Shown here in pieces: positions 57,144 to 64,000 of a stretch of 64,000 bases of DNA. Under the pieces are notes generated by a model that did not search any database, was not told where the DNA came from, and saw nothing but the letters and a program-made list of their open reading frames with translations. Source of the DNA: Patescibacteria group bacterium (GTDB lineage Bacteria > Patescibacteriota > Patescibacteriia > JAHIZJ01). Both the position numbers and the translations under genes were made by a program. Every line of letters starts with the position of its first letter. Within the stretch, counting starts at the first letter, position 1. The stretch lies in contig JBAZLK010000003.1 in the NCBI GenBank assembly GCA_041650335.1, forward strand, positions 57,765 through 121,764. The letters run 5' to 3'.

Positions 57144-57764
57144 ATGAAAGGCAATAAAACCCAAATCTTCTACATCCACGGCGGCGATACCCACCCGAAC
57201 GAACGGGCCTATCAGCGCTGGCTGAGAATGCGGCCGGTCACCATCGAGAAAAAAATCACCTGGACCACGACCTATCTCGACCAGGCGCTGGGCCGGCGGT
57301 TTCACATCATCCGTCCCCGGATGCCGCTCCAGGACAACGCGAAGTACCGGGACTGGAAAACGCATTTCGAACGGTTTTTCCCGAAACTGAAAAACAATAT
57401 TATCCTCATCGGCCAGTCGCTTGGCGGCATTTTCCTAGCCAAGTATCTGTCAGAAAACAAATTTCCCCGGAAGATATTATCCGCCTACCTGGTCTGTCCA
57501 CCATTTGACGACACCCTGCGGAAAGAGCGCCTGGCTGGCGGATTCCGGCTGAAGTCCGACTTGTCGCTGATCAAAAAGAACGCACCGAAACTTACGTTGT
57601 TATTTTCGAAGAACGACGATGTCGTTCCGTATGTTCACGCAGCCAAGTACGCGAAGAAATTGCCGCACGCGAAGGTGCTTGTCTACAAACACATAAACGG
57701 ACACTTCCGGGTGGCAAGGTTGCCGGAGATTGTCAGGATGATTAAGCACGATATAAAAAAATAG
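57144..57764 (+). CDS. alpha/beta hydrolase, YdeN/RBBP9-like serine esterase
   Basis: Nucleophile elbow ILIGQSLGG (GxSxG) plus an Asp and His (INGHF) further C-terminal. 206 aa. Confidence 0.7.
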   Translation: MKGNKTQIFYIHGGDTHPNERAYQRWLRMRPVTIEKKITWTTTYLDQALGRRFHIIRPRMPLQDNAKYRDWKTHFERFFPKLKNNIILIGQSLGGIFLAKYLSENKFPRKILSAYLVCPPFDDTLRKERLAGGFRLKSDLSLIKKNAPKLTLLFSKNDDVVPYVHAAKYAKKLPHAKVLVYKHINGHFRVARLPEIVRMIKHDIKK

Positions 57765-57765
57765 C

Positions 57766-58140
57766 ATGAAAATTATACGAAAAGAAGAAACGCCATTTGT
57801 GGCAAAGCCTGAAGGCACGAATGTCCGCTATTATTTGCGCGACGAATACGAGGTGCATCATAATGAACAGGCCCCCGGCTCAACGCAAACGTGGCACCAT
57901 CACGAGAAAATCCTCGAGACGTTGTATATTATCGAGGGCGAACTGACAGCTGAATGGAAACACGACGGGAAAAGCGAAAAAACAATCGTCCGGGCCGGCG
58001 ACTTGATCGAAACGGAAAACACGCCGCATACGTTTACCAACCATACTGATAAAATCGTTAAGTTTATTGTTATTAAGCAGGTGCCGACTGGAACTAGTAA
58101 ACGCGACATTTTAAAAAGCGATAAGGTCGTTGATCAATAA
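57766..58140 (+). CDS. cupin domain protein
   Basis: WHHHEKILETLYIIEGEL...AGDLIETENTPHTFTN shows the two cupin motifs (G(X)5HXH... / G(X)5PXG(X)2H...). Confidence 0.7.
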   Translation: MKIIRKEETPFVAKPEGTNVRYYLRDEYEVHHNEQAPGSTQTWHHHEKILETLYIIEGELTAEWKHDGKSEKTIVRAGDLIETENTPHTFTNHTDKIVKFIVIKQVPTGTSKRDILKSDKVVDQ

Positions 58141-58248
58141 ACGTTACGAAGAAAACTTTGGCAATATAATTAAGTAAGCGGACAAGCCTTGCCCCGTCGA
58201 ATGACGGGAGCTTGTCCGCCTACTTTTTATTGTATTTTGTTGTCGTCG

Positions 58249-60192
58249 CTACTGCCTGGGCGCGAGCGAGAAGTTCACGTTTTTGGCAATATTGCCGATC
58301 GTGACTGTTACGTTTCGCAAGCTAGGCAGGTCATAATACGGGCTGACAACAGTGACGCGGCGCGCGCCGGGAGCGATCCCGTCGACAACATAGTAGCCGT
58401 TCGAGTCTGACCAGGCTGAAAACACCGTATCAACTATCTTCACCAGCGCGGAAACGGGCAGACCGGTCACCTTATCCGTCAGGTAGCCGGAAACCGAGCC
58501 GGCCGGCGCGAGGGCCACGTTTGAGCCGGCAGTCTGACCAGCCGTGACGTTAACGTTTACAATCTGGGTAATATATTTGGTCGAGCTGATTTTCAGACGA
58601 TAGGTGTTGGTTTTCAGGCTCCGTACCAGGTAATACCCTTTTTCATCAGTCACGGCAGACGTATACGGAATCTCCTTGCCGTTATTCGGCGCATAAACCT
58701 CGACAACCGCGCCCGCGACGGCTTTGCCGCCAGCCGTCACCCGTCCGCGGATTGAGCCGCCCTTGTCGAGTCGGTACTTTTGGCCGGTCGTATTGGCATT
58801 TAAGGTGATTGTTTCCTTGGTATACGTAATGTAGCCGTTGAGGATGATTTTCAGCCGGTAATCACCAGGTGAGACATTGCGGAAGGTGAAGCCGCCGTCG
58901 CTCTTCGTGGTAAAGGCGTAATCAGCCACCTCCGAGCGGGTTTTATTCCGTTTAAATAGATAGACAACCGCATTATCGAGCGGGGCGCCGCTCTTTGATT
59001 TCACGGATCCGCTGAATTTCACAGCCGCTGGCAGGGTGAGGTTTTTACCCGAGGTGGTCTGACCGGCGCTGACGGAAACGCTATAAAGCTTCTGGCCGAC
59101 GTAATAGTTCCGGGTGGCCGTAACCGTATAACTGGTCGACGGTTTCAGCCGTGAGAGCGTATACTTCCCGCCCGACCCAGTCGTCGTGGTATAGACATGG
59201 CCGGAGCCGTCATCGGCCGTAACGGTAACGCCCGAGAGACCGCTGCCGTTCGATTTCGTGATTTTGCCTTTTATCTTTCCTCCCTTGTTCAAGGAGAGAT
59301 TCCGATTTGTCAGATGTGTGTCATCGCTCGCAATGGAAACGTCCGCTGTTTTTGTGACATATCCCGACGCGCTGACCGTCATCGTATAATCACCCACAGC
59401 CGTACTATTCATGGTATACATGTCGTAAATAGATACCGTATACCGGCCGGACGAGTTCGTCGTGGCCCCGTAAGTGCCGCCGCCCGACTTCGTAAGGGTC
59501 ACCGTCGCACCGGATAGAGCAGATCCGCTGGCATTCCTTATCACGCCGGAAACGGTGCTGGCCGGTTTCAGCCAAAAATTCCTGGTCACAGTCTGTTCAT
59601 CACCAGTCAAATTGACACCGCTTACGGAAGCGCTGAAATATCCAGGTTTTTGGATTACCACATTGTACACGCCAGCCGCCGAAACAGCGTAGTCGTCAGG
59701 CAACGGAATACTATAATACACGCCGCTCGAGGTTGAGGTTGCATACCCGTACCCGTTCACCGAGCCGCCGGCGTGGGTATAATAAATGGTCGCCCCACCC
59801 ACTCGAGTAACTCCATCAGATGCGTATACGCGTCCGGTAAAACGGCCGCGCTTGGTTAGAGAAAAATTTTTAGTCACCGTACCGGCGCTCGTAACCGTGG
59901 CTGTTTTTGTCTGTTGGATCAAATACATATTGGAAACATTCCCTAGATACATGTAGTGTGTTACGTCATACGTGCCGGGCGCCACGGCAACGCTGTATGA
60001 GCCATCGGCTCCGGTCGTGGCGTATTCGACAGACCCAGTGCTTGTGCTCTGCACATACATAGTCAATGATTCAATCGGACTGCCGTTTGACGCGTACGTG
60101 ACGGTCCCCTGGATTGTTCCATCCGCGGCCAGGGCGGGCGTGGCCACAATAAAAGCCGCGCCGATGATGAACGCGTAGAGAAGTTTTTTCAT
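58249..60192 (-). CDS. secreted multi-repeat protein of carboxypeptidase-regulatory-like / Cna-B-like beta-sandwich domains
   Basis: Signal peptide MKKLLYAFIIGAAFIVATPALA. At least 7 ~85-aa repeats with recurring G.V....G.P...A.V....(S/T)...TD.NG.Y patterns (e.g. GSIRGRVTAGGKAVAGAVVEVYA...TDEKGYY). Confidence 0.65.
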   Translation of the reverse strand: MKKLLYAFIIGAAFIVATPALAADGTIQGTVTYASNGSPIESLTMYVQSTSTGSVEYATTGADGSYSVAVAPGTYDVTHYMYLGNVSNMYLIQQTKTATVTSAGTVTKNFSLTKRGRFTGRVYASDGVTRVGGATIYYTHAGGSVNGYGYATSTSSGVYYSIPLPDDYAVSAAGVYNVVIQKPGYFSASVSGVNLTGDEQTVTRNFWLKPASTVSGVIRNASGSALSGATVTLTKSGGGTYGATTNSSGRYTVSIYDMYTMNSTAVGDYTMTVSASGYVTKTADVSIASDDTHLTNRNLSLNKGGKIKGKITKSNGSGLSGVTVTADDGSGHVYTTTTGSGGKYTLSRLKPSTSYTVTATRNYYVGQKLYSVSVSAGQTTSGKNLTLPAAVKFSGSVKSKSGAPLDNAVVYLFKRNKTRSEVADYAFTTKSDGGFTFRNVSPGDYRLKIILNGYITYTKETITLNANTTGQKYRLDKGGSIRGRVTAGGKAVAGAVVEVYAPNNGKEIPYTSAVTDEKGYYLVRSLKTNTYRLKISSTKYITQIVNVNVTAGQTAGSNVALAPAGSVSGYLTDKVTGLPVSALVKIVDTVFSAWSDSNGYYVVDGIAPGARRVTVVSPYYDLPSLRNVTVTIGNIAKNVNFSLAPRQ

Positions 60193-60421
60193 GTGTGTAT
60201 TGTGAATACTTAGTACTCTTAGTATAGCAATGGATGGGATTCCGCGCTAGCAAGCGAATTTTTTCTCATGTTTCAAAGGCCTAAGCACAATCGGAGCGGG
60301 ACTTGACGTTCGGTCCGTATATGATACATTATTCAGTCGAGCCAATATGACTATTTGCGGTTGTGCTGGCTTCGGACGACGGGGTTACGGTCGGACACAC
60401 GGATAGAAGGAGGGTTTAGTC

Positions 60422-61036
60422 ATGGAGCTGAAGATTCCGCCAACTGCCTACGGCGTGACCTTGTTTGTGCGCCGGGGCGAGGCGCACAAGGGAGTGCCGG
60501 CCATAAGCCGCACCTTGACCCAAGAGGGCGCTGATCACTGCATCAGGGTCAGCTCATACTGGGAAGAGGTGATCGGCTCACTGAGCGCTCGGTTCGACAG
60601 GCCTCGGTATTTCACCGGTCCGATGCCCGCCATGGTGCTCACGTGCTACTTCATCTTCGGGCCGTCGGCGATTACCGTCCACCCGCACCTCGCCTCCACG
60701 GTCAGCGGCAAGACCGTTCAGGAAGGTCGCTGGTTCGAGGCACAGCGGGCGGCCGGCAAGACCCGAGTCCAGATCATCCGAGCGCTCTGGGAAGATCCGA
60801 CGATCTGGGAGGGGCAACCGTTCGAGCATCAGAGCCGGCAGGTGCACCAATTCCTCGTGGAAGAAGAGGCTGGGCTCTTCCGCATCGCCGTCAGCGACGA
60901 GCCGTCGATCACCCTCGCGCTCCTCGGCACGGTCGACGACGACATGCTCGGCCTGGGTCCCTGCGAAGGACTTCTGATCTTCCGTGATCGGGAGGGCACC
61001 ATCGTTGGCACCCAGAAGCTTGTTCCCTCAGCCTAG
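60422..61036 (+). CDS. hypothetical protein in a GC-rich patch
   Basis: 204-aa frame followed by a hairpin + T6 terminator (gtcagtccagggtttcctcggactgac tttttt). Confidence 0.45.
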   Translation: MELKIPPTAYGVTLFVRRGEAHKGVPAISRTLTQEGADHCIRVSSYWEEVIGSLSARFDRPRYFTGPMPAMVLTCYFIFGPSAITVHPHLASTVSGKTVQEGRWFEAQRAAGKTRVQIIRALWEDPTIWEGQPFEHQSRQVHQFLVEEEAGLFRIAVSDEPSITLALLGTVDDDMLGLGPCEGLLIFRDREGTIVGTQKLVPSA

Positions 61037-61201
61037 CGCCGCCCTTCGGCGTTGCGCGTCAGTCCAGGGTTTCCTCGGACTGACTTTTTTATTGTCCCCG
61101 CAATATAAAATTGCAGAAACAATAAAAAACGGGTAACTCTGTGAAAAGTTACCCGGCAATGCCGAAAGTTGGTGGTCGAGATTGCCCGACAGAAGGTGCG
61201 C

Positions 61202-62056
61202 TCATTCTTCCCGGCGAAAGACCGTGTCCGGAAAGGTGAGCTGGGTTGATTCGGGGTTGATCAGCGCCTGCGTGCACCCCATACCCTGCAGTAAACGGAA
61301 GCTCTCCCGCAAGCCCGCCAGGGCTGCAGCGAGGACAGCACCGTTGTTCACCGCCAAAGAAATCGGCTTTTCCACACATGGCGGTGGCGCACTCTCGCGT
61401 GGAGGCGTTGCGGCGTCTTCTCCTGGATCCGGATCGTCCCCCGAGCCTCCTTCGAGCCAAGCGCCAATTTCCTCGAGTAGATCGGCCGCCCGGACATCCT
61501 TCGGATCGAGACGATACTGGATCGCCCCGTCTGAAACGCGTACGGCACAGTGAAGATAGCGACCATCGCCGCTGACTTCCAGCCGGTAGGGTTGTCCCGC
61601 CTGGAGCTGGAGCAGATGATTGTGCTCTCGATCGTACGTAGCAACGCGCGGGTTTCCCTCGAAATAGTCCTCGAGCCCCGCCAGCGTGACCGGCTGACGC
61701 GTCCCGCCACTGTCCGGACCGGGTGGCGGCTTTTCGTCCGCTTCGGACGCAGGATCCCGCGGCTGAAATCCCGGAAAGGCCTGCCGCAATTCTGTAACCA
61801 TGTCATGTACATTGGCGCCGGGTGCCGGGCGGATGTCGATCGGCTGAAGCCAACAGCCCTCGTAGTACGTTACGATAACGCGATCATCCTTGACGTTTGC
61901 AGCTGGCAAGCGCGCCGGCCCGACGTACGGCTGACGCGGTCTCGGCGTAACTGACTGAACGCGGCCTTTCAGCACCACCTTAATCCAGGCGATGAGCTGG
62001 ACTAGGTGCGCTTGAAAGAGCGCCTCCGGTTCAAAAGCCCGCTCCGTTGAACTCAT
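61202..62056 (-). CDS. hypothetical protein in a GC-rich patch
   Basis: AGGAGG RBS 6 nt upstream of ATG (MSSTERAFEPE...). Convergent with the preceding gene, separated by a bidirectional terminator pair. Confidence 0.45.
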   Translation of the reverse strand: MSSTERAFEPEALFQAHLVQLIAWIKVVLKGRVQSVTPRPRQPYVGPARLPAANVKDDRVIVTYYEGCWLQPIDIRPAPGANVHDMVTELRQAFPGFQPRDPASEADEKPPPGPDSGGTRQPVTLAGLEDYFEGNPRVATYDREHNHLLQLQAGQPYRLEVSGDGRYLHCAVRVSDGAIQYRLDPKDVRAADLLEEIGAWLEGGSGDDPDPGEDAATPPRESAPPPCVEKPISLAVNNGAVLAAALAGLRESFRLLQGMGCTQALINPESTQLTFPDTVFRREE

Positions 62057-62278
62057 GGCTGCCTCCTTCTGGCCGCTTGGCCAGATTGCCTGAAACAAAA
62101 GCCGTGGCGTGCGCTCTGCAAATAACCGACCCCACCTTACCAATCGCACCCCCGGGTTGTCAAATAAAAATCGGATAGCCCTAATCAGTAATTGCCTTGA
62201 TGTGATCAATATTATCCCCCTGGACAAAAGTCCAAAAATGCGCTATAATTACTGCAGAAAGTAAAAATAAAAACACAA

Positions 62279-64000
62279 ATGATACTTCGCAAAACAACAA
62301 AGCGCGTGGGGGGCGTATTCGCTATTCTGGCTGTCCTCTGGCTCTGCCTGGCTTCGTACCAGGCCACGGCCAGCGCCCCGGATCGCATTAGCGCTGAAAC
62401 GATTCAGCAAAATACTTTGGGTGAACAAGCACGTTCTCCTTTTTTAATTGGCACGGAATATCAATCGCCAGACATCATGTTGTCAAAAGCCGCCACGGTT
62501 TTCGGCTTTACCTGGCACGGTACCGTCACCGCGACTTTTTCCGTTCAATATAAAAACGATACCACATGGTCGGATTGGAAAAAAGTGCCGGCGATGGAGG
62601 GGGTCGGAAAAAATGACCTTTCTGGCACTGATCTGCTTTTTGTCAGTCCCACCACAACCTTCCGCTACCGCTATACCGCCAGCGAACCGCTAACCAATGT
62701 TCAGGCGTTCGCGCTCCGTGTCGACTCCCGGACTGGCGTTGTTAGTTGGCTCCAGCGATTTCTCCAGTCATTCGTACCCGCCAGCCACGCAAATACACCG
62801 ATCATTCCGCGCGCTGACTGGGGCGCGAATGAAGAAATCAGCTTTTGGGAACCAGAATACGCCCAACCTGAGAAAATTATCGTCCATCATACCGCCGGCG
62901 CTGACGGCAGCGTCAATCCCGAAACCGTCATCCAGTCAATCCAATACTGGCACGCCGTGGCGCTGGGCTGGGGCGACATCGGCTATAATTATCTGATCGA
63001 CGCCAACGGAAATATTTACGAAGGGCGCAAGGGTGGCGACGGCGTGATCGGCGCCCACGCCTATCGTAATAGCGCTTGCAACGAACAGCGTTTCGGCGGC
63101 GACCACGTCGGCGTCGACTTTAATCGCGGCACGATCGGCATTTCGCTGCTCGGAAATTATCAGGACGACGAGCCGACTGCCGCCGCGCTTGATTCGTTGA
63201 GCCGACTGATCGCTGACAAGGCGCATCGCTATGGCATTTCACCGATCGGCTTCTCAAATTTCCAGGATCTCGTGCACGTGCCGAATGTCCTCGGTCATAA
63301 GGACGTTGACTGTACGCTCTGCCCCGGAACGAACGTTGAGGATCGGCTCGTTTCAATACGGACGCTCAGCCAGCATTACTACGACGAGCTCGGCACGCCG
63401 GAGGCGACTACCCGAGCGAGCTTTGTCGCCGCCAGCGATCGTGATTTCAATCTTCAAACCCAGGAGACAATAACCCTGTGGGCGGATTTTAAAAACACCG
63501 GCACGTCAACCTGGCACAGGAATGACACTGTTCCGCTCATGCTGGCAGTAAGTCACGCCGGCTCGCCCTTGGCAGATTCCAGCTGGTTGTCCGACACCGC
63601 CGTCGCAAAATTACACACCGTCAGCGTCGCGCCGGGCGAAACCGGACGTTTTGAATTCACCATCACCGCGCCAAACGACCATCTCGAGGTGACCGAAACC
63701 TTTCAACTCGTCCAGGATGGATTAGCAATCGTCAATACGGATTTTCAGCTTGTTGTCCACGTGACCGGGCTGGACTGGGCGGCCCGGCCGAAAACCCAGG
63801 CCGTCAACGCAGCCAGCTTTCTGGGCGCGCGGCTGCCGACCAGCCTGACGTTTACGAATGCCGGCACACAAACGTGGACGCGCGATAATACCTACCTCTA
63901 TATCTATGACCTCGGCGACGCCACCAGCCGCTATCGTGACCGCGATTGGTCGGAACCGGATGGCAAAATATTGCTCAAACAGACAAGCGTAAAGCCTGGC
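62279..64000 (+). CDS. N-acetylmuramoyl-L-alanine amidase (Amidase_2/PGRP domain) with C-terminal Ig-like repeats; 3' end beyond the window
   Basis: Hand-translated open frame from ATG 62279 to the window end. Absent from the supplied track because no stop lies within the window. Signal peptide, then IIVHHTAG...GWGDIGYNYLIDANGNIYEGRKGG...CPG (Amidase_2). Then repeats with NTGTSTWHRND / NAGTQTWTRDN like those of the SpoIID protein. Confidence 0.75.
   Translation, partial: MILRKTTKRVGGVFAILAVLWLCLASYQATASAPDRISAETIQQNTLGEQARSPFLIGTEYQSPDIMLSKAATVFGFTWHGTVTATFSVQYKNDTTWSDWKKVPAMEGVGKNDLSGTDLLFVSPTTTFRYRYTASEPLTNVQAFALRVDSRTGVVSWLQRFLQSFVPASHANTPIIPRADWGANEEISFWEPEYAQPEKIIVHHTAGADGSVNPETVIQSIQYWHAVALGWGDIGYNYLIDANGNIYEGRKGGDGVIGAHAYRNSACNEQRFGGDHVGVDFNRGTIGISLLGNYQDDEPTAAALDSLSRLIADKAHRYGISPIGFSNFQDLVHVPNVLGHKDVDCTLCPGTNVEDRLVSIRTLSQHYYDELGTPEATTRASFVAASDRDFNLQTQETITLWADFKNTGTSTWHRNDTVPLMLAVSHAGSPLADSSWLSDTAVAKLHTVSVAPGETGRFEFTITAPNDHLEVTETFQLVQDGLAIVNTDFQLVVHVTGLDWAARPKTQAVNAASFLGARLPTSLTFTNAGTQTWTRDNTYLYIYDLGDATSRYRDRDWSEPDGKILLKQTSVKPG

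Overview
This 64 kb contig has mosaic base composition and looks like an uncultivated bacterium, plausibly Patescibacteria/CPR-like. The CPR call is inference; its basis is type IV pilin pairs, Asn/Thr-rich low-complexity linkers, QueH, and SpoIID, VanW and peptidoglycan-amidase surface proteins. The window is gene dense with about 65 protein genes, two tRNAs (Arg-TCT, His-GTG) and no CRISPR array or recognisable transposase.

Housekeeping anchors are rpsO-NYN-pnp, xerC-type recombinase, nif3-ruvB-queH-queA, Hsp20, and a polysaccharide cluster (Wzx-like flippase, GT4, two O-antigen-ligase-like proteins).

Unusual content:
- A three-gene operon (18483..21565) encodes an FNR-like FAD/NAD(P) oxidoreductase, an ApbE flavin transferase and a ferric-reductase-type di-heme membrane protein, i.e. 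a candidate split NOX-like transmembrane electron transfer system.
- A ~5.6 kb GC-rich island (29420..35058) carries a 1445-aa double BadF/BcrAD activase-dehydratase fusion and a GAPDH-like dehydrogenase, with a hairpin in its 5' leader.
- A ~0.9 kb non-coding GC-rich stretch (40046..40975) holds two tandem units, each bounded by an intrinsic terminator and with weaker sigma70-like promoter matches, that look like unassigned structured ncRNAs.
- A gene-decay zone beside tRNA-His (11015..12565) contains a frameshifted MOSC-domain pseudogene and a synonymously diverged relic of the 3' end of a gpt-like gene.
- An extremely AT-rich island (52560..55560) and several GC-rich patches with orphan genes sit against the background composition.
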